Assembly: GCF_900626285.1 (NCBI RefSeq)
Contig: NZ_LR131147.1
Location: 1,187,953 to 1,219,952 of the forward strand
Source of the DNA: Intestinimonas massiliensis (ex Afouda et al. 2020)
GTDB taxonomy: Bacteria; Bacillota; Clostridia; Oscillospirales; Oscillospiraceae
Reading direction: 5' to 3'
Length of the DNA stretch: 32,000 bases
Position numbers and translations under genes: made by a program. The notes beneath the pieces were generated by a model. The model saw only the letters and a program-made list of their open reading frames with translations. It was not told the DNA's origin and ran no database searches. This document shows, piece by piece, positions 1-9,460 of this stretch (positions are counted from its first letter, which is position 1; each line of letters begins with the position of its first letter).

Positions 1-377
1 CCGCTGGTGGCCGCCTGCCAGTCCGCCAGGGTCACGTCGGTGAACTGCACGCCGTAATAGGCGATACGCTCCGCCCCGGCGCTGGCGGGGTCCGCCAGCT
101 TGGACACAATGGTACACTCCGGGATATCCCCGTCCTGGGCCCCCTGCATCCGCTGGATCATGCCGGAATCAGCCTTGTAAAGCATCAGGGAGCCGGTGCC
201 CTTGCCGCTCACAGGCTTCTGGGCCTCCATAAACTGGCCGCACAAATTGATGGTATCGCTGCTGATCTCCAGCTTGCCCTGGCAGCCGTAGCACTCAGCC
301 AGCCGCTCGGCATCCACCCACACGGAGCCATAGGTGCCGTTGGGGATCTTCCGTGCGGTCATACCGGATCTTGCCAT
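1..377 (-). CDS. Phage tail tube protein (XkdM-like). The 3' end is truncated by the window edge.
   Basis: Not in the ORF track because it runs off the window. ATG at 377 sits 8 nt after a GGAGGAG SD. Translation is MARSGMTARKIPNGTYGSVWVDAERLAECYGCQGKLEISSDTINL... It lies immediately downstream of the sheath gene, as in PBSX-like tails. Confidence 0.65.
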   Translation of the reverse strand, partial: MARSGMTARKIPNGTYGSVWVDAERLAECYGCQGKLEISSDTINLCGQFMEAQKPVSGKGTGSLMLYKADSGMIQRMQGAQDGDIPECTIVSKLADPASAGAERIAYYGVQFTDVTLADWQAATS

Positions 378-391
378 ATGTTTCTCCTCCC

Positions 392-1489
392 TTACAGGTT
401 GTTGAAGAGGACCTCAAAGTCCTCCATAGCGTCCACCAGCCGGCCGCCGCAGCGGATGAACACCCAGCTGCCGGTCTGGTACTCCAGGATCTGCTGCTCC
501 GTCATGGCGCTGGTGTCCACGCTCTGACTGTTGAGCCACTGAAGCTGCCGGTCGTAGTCCACCTCCGCAAAGCTCTCCCCGGGGGAGAGCACGCCCGCGC
601 TCTCCAGATAAGAGAAATACTCACTGATGGCGGTCACCAGCAGCTGCTTGTTGTCGTAAGTGTTTGGATAGCGGCCCAGGTACTGGCTCTCGATGGTGGT
701 GCGCAGATAATAGGAGATGAGATCCATCCCCTCCACGATCTTGATCTTGCTCCAGTCCTCCTTCCCCTCCGGGGGGATGGTGGTCAGGGAGTTGACCGCC
801 CGGGCGATCTTGGCCTGGAGGCCGTCATGGACCAGGATCAGCTTTCCGGCCTGGATGGCCTCCGTCTGCTCCGCCGTGGTGCGGGCGGTGACGGCGGTGA
901 GCTCGGGCAGCGCCGCGTTGCTGGCGCTCATGCCCATGGGAATGCCGGCCAGGATGCCGGCGATGCGGCCACAGTACTCCGCAGAGGTCACCGCTCCGTC
1001 CTTGTCCGTCATGCCGCTCTCGTCCAGCTCGATGATGCCCATGTTGTCACTGCCGGCGGTTTTCCACGGCTTTACCAACTTCACGGTGCGGTACAACTCC
1101 CGCTGGGCCTTGACCCACTCCACCAGCTTGGCCAGCTCCTGGTCGGTCACGTCGGGCGGGCCGGCCAGATAGTCGATGGAGTATGCCTCAATGGACTTGA
1201 GCCCGCCCTCCAGGGCGGTGGTATCATCGGTGCCGGTGGCGATGACCACCAGATACACCAGGCTGGGGCTTCCCCGGTCGCTGCCCTGGAAGCACAGCTT
1301 TACATAGGTCTTGTTGGCCTCCCCCAGCTCGGAGGGGATCAGCGCGTCGCTGCTCAGGGCGTGGACGCCCTGAGCCTTTTCATCCCGCACAAACAGGGCC
1401 ACATAGCCCTTTTTGGCCCTGTTGGCCACCGTGGCCGCCGCCTTTTCAAAGGCGATCTTCAGGGTGGGCAGGGTATTGGTCGTTGCCAA
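392..1489 (-). CDS. Phage tail sheath protein (XkdK-like)
   Basis: 365-aa ORF located between the neck genes and the tube gene. The N-terminus MATTNTLPTLKIAFEKAAATVANRAKKGYVALFVRD resembles Firmicutes sheath proteins from memory. Confidence 0.75.
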   Translation of the reverse strand: MATTNTLPTLKIAFEKAAATVANRAKKGYVALFVRDEKAQGVHALSSDALIPSELGEANKTYVKLCFQGSDRGSPSLVYLVVIATGTDDTTALEGGLKSIEAYSIDYLAGPPDVTDQELAKLVEWVKAQRELYRTVKLVKPWKTAGSDNMGIIELDESGMTDKDGAVTSAEYCGRIAGILAGIPMGMSASNAALPELTAVTARTTAEQTEAIQAGKLILVHDGLQAKIARAVNSLTTIPPEGKEDWSKIKIVEGMDLISYYLRTTIESQYLGRYPNTYDNKQLLVTAISEYFSYLESAGVLSPGESFAEVDYDRQLQWLNSQSVDTSAMTEQQILEYQTGSWVFIRCGGRLVDAMEDFEVLFNNL

Positions 1490-1499
1490 TCAAATCACC

Positions 1500-1964
1500 T
1501 CAAACTTTCATATCTTTGCCGTTGACCTGGAACTGCTCCATCAGCGGCGCGTTCTCTTCCGGGTCTTCCGCTCCCGGAGGCACCTCAAACCAGGAGGCGG
1601 AGAAGGTCACAAAGGCGGAGCCTACCTCCATGCCATCCCCCTTCGCCGTCAGGGACACCCAGCCTCCCTCCACCTGGAGCGATGGGGCGCCGAAGGCCAG
1701 CAGCACCGCCTCCTGATCCGCCCGCAGCGCCTCCGTGGAGCTGATGTCATACTCGTCTGTGGCGCAGAACAGCTCCACGGATGCCTCCATAGTCCATTCC
1801 ACCAGGAACAGGTTGGCGGGCACATGGCTGGACTGGGTCACGTACAGATAGCTGCTGGGCCGCTTGTGGTCCACCGGGCAGAAGTCCCGGTAGATCATCC
1901 GCTCCGGCCACAGCTTGGCCACCACACTGGCGATGGCATCACAGACTGCCGTGCTTGTGATCAT
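1500..1964 (-). CDS. Phage neck/tail-completion protein (hypothetical)
   Basis: 154-aa ORF with a 4-nt ATGA overlap onto the upstream gp10-like gene. Its position just before the sheath gene is the only functional clue. Confidence 0.55.
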   Translation of the reverse strand: MITSTAVCDAIASVVAKLWPERMIYRDFCPVDHKRPSSYLYVTQSSHVPANLFLVEWTMEASVELFCATDEYDISSTEALRADQEAVLLAFGAPSLQVEGGWVSLTAKGDGMEVGSAFVTFSASWFEVPPGAEDPEENAPLMEQFQVNGKDMKV

Positions 1965-2437
1965 GTTCCGCCCTCCAGTCTCCGGGCAACCTGGGCAGCC
2001 AGGGCCTGCACCTCGGATTGCCCCATCTGCTCCATCCGCCCCCGCACGGCGGCGTAGAAGTGCCGCCCGGGCACCGCCGGGGTGTTGATTCTGGGCCGGT
2101 AATGATAGCCGTCCCTGGGCTGCTGGCTGGGTGTGCGGTGCCTGTGGCCGTTTTCAATGGCGTTTGTCACATAGCCCACGGCATACCGTTTGCCGTGGGC
2201 TGTCACTTTGTAGGTGTCGGCCTTAGGCCGCACCGCCACATAACCGTTTTTCGAGCCGAGGTACCGCTCCTGCCAGCTCTGGACAGTTCCGGTGCCCCGG
2301 ATCTCACCCCGGACACCGGAGAGCAGCTTCTTTCCCAGATCCTCCAGCAGATCCCGTTTCATAGTGGGGAACTCCTGCAGCAGTTCGTCCCAGCTGTCCA
2401 GGACCCGGTCCAGATCGCTCATCTCAATGCTTTGCAT
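1961..2437 (-). CDS. HK97 gp10-family tail-component protein
   Basis: 158 aa in the expected position in the neck module. The GYVTNAIENGH segment resembles the gp10-family core. Confidence 0.65.
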   Translation of the reverse strand: MQSIEMSDLDRVLDSWDELLQEFPTMKRDLLEDLGKKLLSGVRGEIRGTGTVQSWQERYLGSKNGYVAVRPKADTYKVTAHGKRYAVGYVTNAIENGHRHRTPSQQPRDGYHYRPRINTPAVPGRHFYAAVRGRMEQMGQSEVQALAAQVARRLEGGT

Positions 2438-2448
2438 ACCATCACCTC

Positions 2449-3060
2449 TTACACATCCCGGCTGAAGTCCATCTCATACTCGTGCTTGTACGGATCCAGC
2501 ACGTGGCGCGCCTGCACGTTGTACACCGCTTTGGCAGGCCCCTCTGTAACAGTGACCAGAGCGCCTTCAGACAGCTCTATCACCTTAGGGGTCACCAGTA
2601 CCAGGCCTCTCCGGGCCTTGGCATAGGTGTCCTCCTGCTCATAGCGGACGTATTTTTCCGTCAGGATGCCGGGGAATGTAACCGGCGGCTGTTCCGCCTT
2701 TTCCGGTCGGTTTCCGGTCCCCACCCGGGTGGTGTAGCTCTGGGCGGTGCAGACCACCGGCTCCACCAGCGCCGCCCCCACGTCCAGGTGATTGCGGTCC
2801 CGGTGGGTGATGGAGGTGAGGAACAGGTGCTGTCCCCGCCAGCGCAGGGCGTTGTGGAGGGTGAGCTTCTGCCGCCGGATCACGATGGCGGCGTCCCTGG
2901 CCCCCACGCCCACTTTGCTGAACAGGTTGGTCTTGGCGGTCTGCTCCACCTGAGCCCATGCCCGGCGGAGCGTGACCCACTCCCATATGCCGGTGGCTGT
3001 CTCCCGCAGCTCCAGCACCTCCAGAGGCTGGTCCAGCCTGCCCGCTCCGATGTAGGCCAT
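2449..3060 (-). CDS. Head-tail adaptor / head-closure protein with an extra C-terminal half
   Basis: The N-terminal ~100 aa (RLDQPLEVLELRETATGIWEWVTLRRAWAQVEQ) resemble the Phage_H_T_join family. At 203 aa the protein is about twice the usual length. Confidence 0.6.
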   Translation of the reverse strand: MAYIGAGRLDQPLEVLELRETATGIWEWVTLRRAWAQVEQTAKTNLFSKVGVGARDAAIVIRRQKLTLHNALRWRGQHLFLTSITHRDRNHLDVGAALVEPVVCTAQSYTTRVGTGNRPEKAEQPPVTFPGILTEKYVRYEQEDTYAKARRGLVLVTPKVIELSEGALVTVTEGPAKAVYNVQARHVLDPYKHEYEMDFSRDV

Positions 3061-3063
3061 GGG

Positions 3064-3372
3064 TCAGGCCTCCTCTCTCGGCTCTGTCAGCTTGAGTTGA
3101 GTGATGAGCCGCCGGAAGGCTGGGTTGTCCTGGATGGCACCCGTCACCTCGGCATCTCTCAAATCAAAATCCCTGAGCACCATGAAGTTGACCGCCAGGT
3201 CATACTGGGCCCGCCGGGTGGAACCTTCCGGGGGCTGGGCGATCCCAGCCCCCTCCAGGTAGCCAACGGCGGCGTCATACAGGGTCTCCAGGGTGAGCAG
3301 CTCATCCGGGGTCGGCTCCTCAATGCGGCAGTAGGCCAGCAGCCCGGCCCGCCGCTCCTCCGTCAGGGCCAT
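3064..3372 (-). CDS. gp6-like head-tail connector protein
   Basis: Start moved to the internal ATG at 3372 (MALTEERRAGLLAYCRIEEPTPDELLTLETLYDAAVGYLE), which is typical of the gp6-like connector family. The longer ORF-track start would overlap the upstream gene. Confidence 0.7.
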   Translation of the reverse strand: MALTEERRAGLLAYCRIEEPTPDELLTLETLYDAAVGYLEGAGIAQPPEGSTRRAQYDLAVNFMVLRDFDLRDAEVTGAIQDNPAFRRLITQLKLTEPREEA

Positions 3373-3373
3373 A

Positions 3374-3784
3374 TCACACCACCAGAGTCCAGCCGTTTGC
3401 AGCAGGCAAGTACATGGTGTTGGCAGCAACTACTACGCCGCAGACTACGGCTGCTGCCGCATCGTGCTGGAACTTCACCGCCATGTAGCGGCCGCTGAGG
3501 GCGCTGGGGCGATAGCTCACCACCGCCGTCTGAGGAGCGGTACCCACCGTATCGGTAAAGGTAGCCGTCTCCACCTCCTCCGCCTCGCCGCCGCTGCTGT
3601 CGTCGGAGGCCAGCATTGTCACCGTCAGGCTCTTATTGGCCCCCAGAGGAGCGACGGAGACCAGAAACACGATCTCCTCTACCCCGGAAACGTCGATGTA
3701 GTCGGAAGTCTTCTCTGTGGAGGCCGCCACGCTCTGAGGAGCAAAGGCGGTATGGAATACCAGTTCTTCGTTGATCCGATTCAT
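3374..3784 (-). CDS. Hypothetical head-associated structural protein
   Basis: 136-aa ORF immediately after the major capsid gene and tightly packed. No family recognised. Confidence 0.55.
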   Translation of the reverse strand: MNRINEELVFHTAFAPQSVAASTEKTSDYIDVSGVEEIVFLVSVAPLGANKSLTVTMLASDDSSGGEAEEVETATFTDTVGTAPQTAVVSYRPSALSGRYMAVKFQHDAAAAVVCGVVVAANTMYLPAANGWTLVV

Positions 3785-3796
3785 CTCAAACCCTCC

Positions 3797-5083
3797 TTAC
3801 TTGCGGTCCGCCAGCGCCACAAAGGGGCTGCGGGGCTTGGTGCTGTTCTTGATGGTCAGGGGCTTGCTCACCTTGGGGGCGCCGTTGCAACGGTACACAA
3901 CCCGGAAGCAGTTCTGATCGGTGAGGAATTCCACATGGATGGACCAGTCCTGCTTGACGGTACCCTTGGTCAGGAGGATGTACATAAAGGGATCCACCAG
4001 CATAATGTCACCAGCAGTACCCAGGGGGGAGCAGCTGTCTTCGAAGAGCACCGGCTTGTTGAGCACCCGCTGGGTATCGAAGTTGCCCAGGCCTCCCTCG
4101 GGGTTCCACAGGAACTTGGCCGCCTCGCCGCTCTGGATGGCCAGGCTGGGCAGCTGTTCCTCCACATCGGGGTGCATCAGCCACACCAGCCGGTCCCGGT
4201 TCCGGGGCATGGCCCGCGCCTGCATCTTGATGGCGTTGGCTCCCAGGAAAGTGCCGGCCGTCTGGCTCTGCTCCTTGGCCACAGTGATCAGGGCCTTGGA
4301 ATGGGTCAGACCCAGGGGCTTGCCTACGCCGTCGCCGCAGATGACACTCTCGGTGAGCAGCCGGTCCCCGGCCAGGGTGAAGGAAGAACTGGCAAAGCTG
4401 GTCATAAAGGCCGCATCCTCCAGCATTTCATCGGTACAGTAGAGGAAGCCCATCATCTTCTCCAGATCCATCTTCATCTCCCGGAACTGGGGCTTGCTGG
4501 CAGCCACCGCGGCCCCTTCACTGGCCCAGTACATCTGGACCCCGCCGAACACCGACTTGGACACGTCGGTCTCGTCAGCGCTTACCCACCGCATGGCGTT
4601 GGCAGAGCTTGAGCAGGTGTAGCGGTCCAGCCGGTTGAGCAGGGGGCTCTGCTGAACGGCGCTCTCCATGATCATGCCGGCAAAGTCGGTCTGAAGGGCA
4701 AAGCCGCCATCGGCACCGCTGCCCTCATTGGAGCCCAGGACAGCGTTATTCACCTGCTGGAGCCGCTTGTCCTCCACGTGATTCTTCCGGAATTTGTAGA
4801 TGGCCATCAGCTGTTCACCCACAGAGGCAAAGGGCTTGTCCTCATTCTTTCCCGCGATCTTGGCAGTGGGATTGTGCAGCGCGCCATCATAAACCGGCTC
4901 CGCCGCCTCCCGGCTGGCCTTTGCCAGTTTCTCCAGGCCGGCGATCTGGGTGTTGATAGCCTCCATCTGGTCCGAAATAGCGCTGGCCTCCGTGATCTTG
5001 CCATCGGTCACCAGGCCCTCGGCCTCCGTGAGCAGCTGGGCCTTTTTAGCCCGGAGCTCGGTGATCTTCTCCATGAAATCCAT
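3797..5083 (-). CDS. Major capsid protein, HK97 family
   Basis: 428 aa with an N-terminal coiled-coil delta domain (MDFMEKITELRAKKAQLLTEAEGL) followed by a capsid-like body. It follows the prohead protease gene. Confidence 0.88.
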   Translation of the reverse strand: MDFMEKITELRAKKAQLLTEAEGLVTDGKITEASAISDQMEAINTQIAGLEKLAKASREAAEPVYDGALHNPTAKIAGKNEDKPFASVGEQLMAIYKFRKNHVEDKRLQQVNNAVLGSNEGSGADGGFALQTDFAGMIMESAVQQSPLLNRLDRYTCSSSANAMRWVSADETDVSKSVFGGVQMYWASEGAAVAASKPQFREMKMDLEKMMGFLYCTDEMLEDAAFMTSFASSSFTLAGDRLLTESVICGDGVGKPLGLTHSKALITVAKEQSQTAGTFLGANAIKMQARAMPRNRDRLVWLMHPDVEEQLPSLAIQSGEAAKFLWNPEGGLGNFDTQRVLNKPVLFEDSCSPLGTAGDIMLVDPFMYILLTKGTVKQDWSIHVEFLTDQNCFRVVYRCNGAPKVSKPLTIKNSTKPRSPFVALADRK

Positions 5084-5102
5084 ACTGTTCTCCTTTCAAA
5101 TC

Positions 5103-5813
5103 TCAAAATTCAGCAAGCGCCCTGAGCCGTGCCAGAGTGCGTCTGCCCTGTTCCTTCCGGGCCTCTTCCGCCCGCAGGCCCGCAACATGGGTCTGATACT
5201 GTTCCCGCATGGCCGCCGTCAGCCGGATGCGTCCGGATGCCGCCGCCACAAAAGCTGCCGGGTCCTCCGCCTCCATGGGGAGCCCCACAATTTCGTCAAT
5301 GAGACCGTACTCCAGGGCCTGGGAGGGTGTGATCCAAATATCCTTGTCCATAAGGGTAACCAGCTCTTCCCGGGTCTTGGCGCTGCTCCGGGCGGTGTAG
5401 ACCTCCAGGATGCAGTCTCTGGCGTTGCGGAGGGCCTCCGCCGCCCGGCGCATATCCCGGAAATCTCCTTCCGCCCCTCCGCTGGGATTGTGGTAGCATA
5501 GCAGGGCCCCAGGCTCACTCTGGATGGTGCGGCAACCGGTGGCCGCCAGGGTGGCGGCACTGGCCCCGTAGCCCTGGAACAAAGCCGTGGTATTGCCCTG
5601 GTAGCGCCGGAGCATGGACCGGATCTCCAGCCCCACCGACATGTCCCCACCGGGGGAATTGATCAGCAGCGTCACATCCTCCCCATCGGCTGCATCCAGG
5701 GCGGCGGCAATGTCCATGGGGGCGGTAATGTCCCTCCATCCCCACCAGCGCAGCACATCGGCGGAGTCGTTATCCCACAGCTCCCCCCGCAGCGCGATAT
5801 CAGCCATTTCCAT
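5103..5813 (-). CDS. ClpP-like (S14) prohead maturation protease
   Basis: Contains LLINSPGGDMSVGLEIRSML and GYGASAATLAATG, which are ClpP-type serine protease motifs. It lies between portal and capsid. Confidence 0.88.
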   Translation of the reverse strand: MEMADIALRGELWDNDSADVLRWWGWRDITAPMDIAAALDAADGEDVTLLINSPGGDMSVGLEIRSMLRRYQGNTTALFQGYGASAATLAATGCRTIQSEPGALLCYHNPSGGAEGDFRDMRRAAEALRNARDCILEVYTARSSAKTREELVTLMDKDIWITPSQALEYGLIDEIVGLPMEAEDPAAFVAAASGRIRLTAAMREQYQTHVAGLRAEEARKEQGRRTLARLRALAEF

Positions 5814-7020
5814 CCTCTCCTCTCAATACGGACTCCAGGGAGCCCAAATTTTTCGTGACCAGGAACGCTTTCCCAAGCCCGCCGGGGATTGGGTTCAGCT
5901 CCTCCTTGGCCCGCGCGTCGTCCGGGCACATGACCGAGTGCTCGATGAGCTTCACATAGAAGTCCGCCCGGGTGGTGGGATCCGCCCGGAGCAGTGCCTC
6001 CACATTTCCGTGGATGTACGCCCCAGTCTGGCGCAGTAGGGAGCCTATGAGCTTATAGCTGTCCTCGCTCTCCCACTGGACCACATAGGGCAGCAGGGTG
6101 TCAGTGACGTAGTTGAGCCGCTGCTGAGCGTTGCTGTCGTAGCTCTCCTTGCCGGTCTGGAGCATGTGCTTGGGGATGCCGGAGAACCGGCTGATCTCCT
6201 CCACGGTGAAGCCCCGGCTCTCAATGAACTGTGCATCACTCTGACTGAGGCCCAGAGGTGTGTACTTCATGCTGTGATCCAGCACCGCCACAGCGAAGGC
6301 GTCGTCAGAGGCGAAGGTGCGGAACTCCTGTTTCACCCGCTGTCTTGTCTCCGGATTGGCGTCGGTATCCACCTCCACGATACCGGAGAGACGGGCGCCG
6401 TTCTGGTAGAACTTTTTGTTGTATCGCTGGGCCATGGCGTCCACGGAAATGGCCTCTCGGGCCAGATCCAGCATGCCCCGCCCCCGAATACCGTCGTAGG
6501 TCTCGAAGTACAGGAAGGACAGTTCCGAATTGGCAAAGGTCTTATGAAGTCCTTCCAGGCTGTAGTCATACCAGTAGGTCCCGGTGTTGGCGTCCTTGCG
6601 GATGGTGCAGCAGTCAGTGGGCAGCGGGATCCGGGCGATCACATGCCCGGCGCCGTCCTTCCGGTTCCACACCGCGCCGAACCCCCACCAAAATGCGTTG
6701 GACATGACGATCTTCCGCAACATGAATGGGGACATATAATCATTGGCCCGCACTTTAAGAACCCTGTTGAGGGATTGGTCATCTATCGCAACACGCGCGT
6801 CTCCGTCCTTCCGGTACAGGCCAAAGGGAATTAGGCCGAAGGAGTTCGTCAGGATCCGGTGGGCCGCCGACACCGGCGAAAGATGCTCGGCATTTGCCCG
6901 GCTGGCCTCTATGGCCTCCTCCCCGGAAAAGACCCGCTGAAACCAGTGGCTGAGCTGCTCCCATGGCAGAGGCGTCTCATCTACGGAGGCCCGAGGCCTC
7001 ATCGCCTGATTCAGGATCAT
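5800..7020 (-). CDS. Portal protein, HK97 family
   Basis: 406 aa located between the large terminase and the protease. Overlaps the protease start. Confidence 0.88.
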   Translation of the reverse strand: MILNQAMRPRASVDETPLPWEQLSHWFQRVFSGEEAIEASRANAEHLSPVSAAHRILTNSFGLIPFGLYRKDGDARVAIDDQSLNRVLKVRANDYMSPFMLRKIVMSNAFWWGFGAVWNRKDGAGHVIARIPLPTDCCTIRKDANTGTYWYDYSLEGLHKTFANSELSFLYFETYDGIRGRGMLDLAREAISVDAMAQRYNKKFYQNGARLSGIVEVDTDANPETRQRVKQEFRTFASDDAFAVAVLDHSMKYTPLGLSQSDAQFIESRGFTVEEISRFSGIPKHMLQTGKESYDSNAQQRLNYVTDTLLPYVVQWESEDSYKLIGSLLRQTGAYIHGNVEALLRADPTTRADFYVKLIEHSVMCPDDARAKEELNPIPGGLGKAFLVTKNLGSLESVLRGEDGNG

Positions 7021-7250
7021 TTCCGGCCACCCCCTCTGGACCTGGCCACCACCACGGCGTAGGCGGTCAGGCAGACACCTGCTGTCGCCAGAGCTGCCGG
7101 CCGGCCGCCCAGGTCAAGGGCAGCCCGGACGAAGCACCCCCCGCCAGCCAGCAGGAGCAGATCGTCCAGATAGAGGCCCAGCGCCCTGACCGCCCGCCTT
7201 AATTTTTCTTTCAAATCAAATCCCCCAATCTTCCGAAAGTACATGCTCAT
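7017..7250 (-). CDS. Small hydrophobic protein (hypothetical)
   Basis: 77-aa ORF with an ATGA overlap onto the portal start. Its own start lies ~30 nt inside the TerL 3' end. It has two hydrophobic stretches. Confidence 0.35.
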   Translation of the reverse strand: MSMYFRKIGGFDLKEKLRRAVRALGLYLDDLLLLAGGGCFVRAALDLGGRPAALATAGVCLTAYAVVVARSRGGGRK

Positions 7251-8961
7251 TGATATCTGGCCCCTGGGGCAGCTTCACCATTGCCGTGGCCATGGCGATG
7301 ATCCAGGCCACCGTCATGTCGATGCGGCCGATGCTGCGGTTTTTCATGGGCTTCAGGTTCTCGTTGCCGTCCACATGGCAGCGCACGTTGCCGAAGCACC
7401 ACCGGGCGGCCGTATTGTGCTCATGGAGCAGTTCATGGGAGCGCAGCAGCCGCTCCACCTCCTTCATAGCGGGAGACAGCTCTTTGATGGTCTGGGGGAT
7501 CTCCACCACGTTGACGCCCCGGTCCATGAGCCGCTGGGTGAGCGTGCGGCTGAGATAGGGGTCCACCCCAAGGGTGTCCAGGTCAAACACGCCGGCGCAC
7601 CAGGCCACCGTCTCCTCGATCATGGAGAAGTCCACCATGTCCCCGGGGCACAGGGTGAGAAACTCCGCCCTGGCCCAGTCCCGATACGGCACATGGTCCC
7701 GCTGCTCGGCCTCCACCACCCCGTCCTCCGGCCGCCAGGCCCAGAACAAGGTCACCCAGTTGTCCAACCCCTCCTGGGGCGGGAACAGCAGTGTCAGCGC
7801 CGTCAGGTCGGTGGTGGTGGACAGATCCAGCCCGCCGAAGCACTTCTTTCCCACCAGGCAGTCCCGGACGGCCTGCCGCCGCGCTGTCACCTTCAGGCCT
7901 TGCCACTCCTCCCGGTTCCACTGGGTCTTGTCATACAGGCCCAATGGGAGCCATCCCACGGCATGGGTGGCGATCCACTGGTTGAGCCGCAGCCACCGGA
8001 AGAGCCGCTCAGCGCTCTCGCTCTGTCGTGCGGCTCTGGCCTCTCTGCGGAAATCCCGCAGCTTCAGGTTATGGCCCAGGCCCGGGTTACAGGCGTACCA
8101 CACCGCCTCGTCGTAGATGTCCAGATCGGCGATCTTGTCCGGATCATCCCCGGTGAGAACGGAGATGCCGTACATGATGGGGCACCATGCCGGATCGTCG
8201 GTATCCAGCTCCCGCTCAGGCTCTCCCCGCCGCCAAGCTAGGAGCCTCCGGCACTTCTCATGGATCTCCCAGCCGATGCTCTTCCGGTCCGGGTCGTCAC
8301 CGGCGGTGGTGAGGACGATCACCGCCTGCTGCCGCCGGGCGGCGTCTGAGCCTGCGGTGAGCACGTCCCACAGCCGCCGGTTGGGCTGGGTGTGGAGCTC
8401 GTCAAAGATGATGGCACTGAAGGAGTATCCGTGCTTGCTCACGGCGTCGGCGGAATATACCTTCAGTATGCCGCCGTACTTGGTGTGGATCTCCCGCTTG
8501 GAGTCCACCGCCCAGGCGATAGGGTCGTGCTCGGGCTCGCCCAGGCAGGTGTGCTCCACCATGTACTTGGCCGCCTCGTAGACCTGGGCGGCGTTCTCCT
8601 TGTCGGAGGAGAAGATGCCCACCTTGGGCCGCTTCTCCCCGTCCCACAGCAGATGATAGAGCCCCAGCCCGGCGGAGAACTCCGTCTTTCCGTTCTTCTT
8701 GGGCAACTCGTCGTAGAGGAACCGCCGGTACCGGCTCCATCCGCCGTCCTCGTCCTGCTCCTGGATGCCGTAAAAACTGTGAATGGCGTCCAATTCCCAG
8801 TCCAGCAGCTGGAAAGGCTCTCCCGCCCACTCGTTTGAGCCAAAGCACAGCAGGGAAAAGAAGTCCAGCACATCCTGCACCGCCTGCTCACTGTATCGCA
8901 GCACGGCTCCATCATCCGGGGCACACACCTGCACCGGCCCCAGCTGGAGCAACTCAGGCAC
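7216..8961 (-). CDS. terL: Terminase large subunit
   Basis: 581 aa. Walker A-like LPKKNGKTEF, IFDELH (Walker B-like) and a C-terminal nuclease-type region. Flanked by TerS and portal. Confidence 0.92.
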   Translation of the reverse strand: MPELLQLGPVQVCAPDDGAVLRYSEQAVQDVLDFFSLLCFGSNEWAGEPFQLLDWELDAIHSFYGIQEQDEDGGWSRYRRFLYDELPKKNGKTEFSAGLGLYHLLWDGEKRPKVGIFSSDKENAAQVYEAAKYMVEHTCLGEPEHDPIAWAVDSKREIHTKYGGILKVYSADAVSKHGYSFSAIIFDELHTQPNRRLWDVLTAGSDAARRQQAVIVLTTAGDDPDRKSIGWEIHEKCRRLLAWRRGEPERELDTDDPAWCPIMYGISVLTGDDPDKIADLDIYDEAVWYACNPGLGHNLKLRDFRREARAARQSESAERLFRWLRLNQWIATHAVGWLPLGLYDKTQWNREEWQGLKVTARRQAVRDCLVGKKCFGGLDLSTTTDLTALTLLFPPQEGLDNWVTLFWAWRPEDGVVEAEQRDHVPYRDWARAEFLTLCPGDMVDFSMIEETVAWCAGVFDLDTLGVDPYLSRTLTQRLMDRGVNVVEIPQTIKELSPAMKEVERLLRSHELLHEHNTAARWCFGNVRCHVDGNENLKPMKNRSIGRIDMTVAWIIAMATAMVKLPQGPDINEHVLSEDWGI

Positions 8962-9439
8962 GGTGCATCCGCTCCTCCATCATCCGCTCAAAGGGGTTTT
9001 TCTCCTTGGGCTTGGCCCCCTCCGGCAGCACCAAACGGCACCGGCTTGTGATGGTCATACCCATATCGTTGGCGCAGGCCCTGGCCTGCTTGAAGCAGGT
9101 ATCCTGGATCTTGGTCCACTTCTCCGCCAGGGCGGCGTTATTGGCCGTCAAGGCCTCCCCCGCCATCTCGCAGGCATGGGCATACTGGGCCTGAGCCACC
9201 ACATAACGCCCCAGGGTATCCCGATCCAACTGGGCCGCCCCCATATCGGCGGCCAGCAGCTCCTTGGCCAGAGCCCGGAACTCCTTCCGGTACTCCTGAG
9301 GCAGCCACTTAGGTACCCGCATGGTCTTGGGCTTGGGCAGATTCACTTCCTGGTCCGCCCGCTGGACCTTTTCGCTTTTGCTCAGGTGCTTCCGGCCGTT
9401 TCCCTCCAGCACGGCCAGGCGTTGTCTCGGTCCGGGCAT
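8954..9439 (-). CDS. terS: Terminase small subunit, P27 family
   Basis: 161 aa with a C-terminal ANDMGMTITSRCRL, typical of P27-family TerS. Overlaps the TerL start. Confidence 0.8.
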   Translation of the reverse strand: MPGPRQRLAVLEGNGRKHLSKSEKVQRADQEVNLPKPKTMRVPKWLPQEYRKEFRALAKELLAADMGAAQLDRDTLGRYVVAQAQYAHACEMAGEALTANNAALAEKWTKIQDTCFKQARACANDMGMTITSRCRLVLPEGAKPKEKNPFERMMEERMHRA

Positions 9440-9460
9440 ACACTCCCCCCTTTCTCCCGT

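Noticed and set aside
353-8241. Long plus-strand ORFs opposite the structural genes, for example 353-1525, 2482-3498, 3464-4612, 6166-6834 and 7243-8241
   Set aside because: Their translations are Arg/Gly/Pro/His-rich and low in complexity. They have no SD sequences. They lie fully inside minus-strand genes that have clear phage-family motifs. These are typical antisense shadow ORFs of GC-rich DNA.
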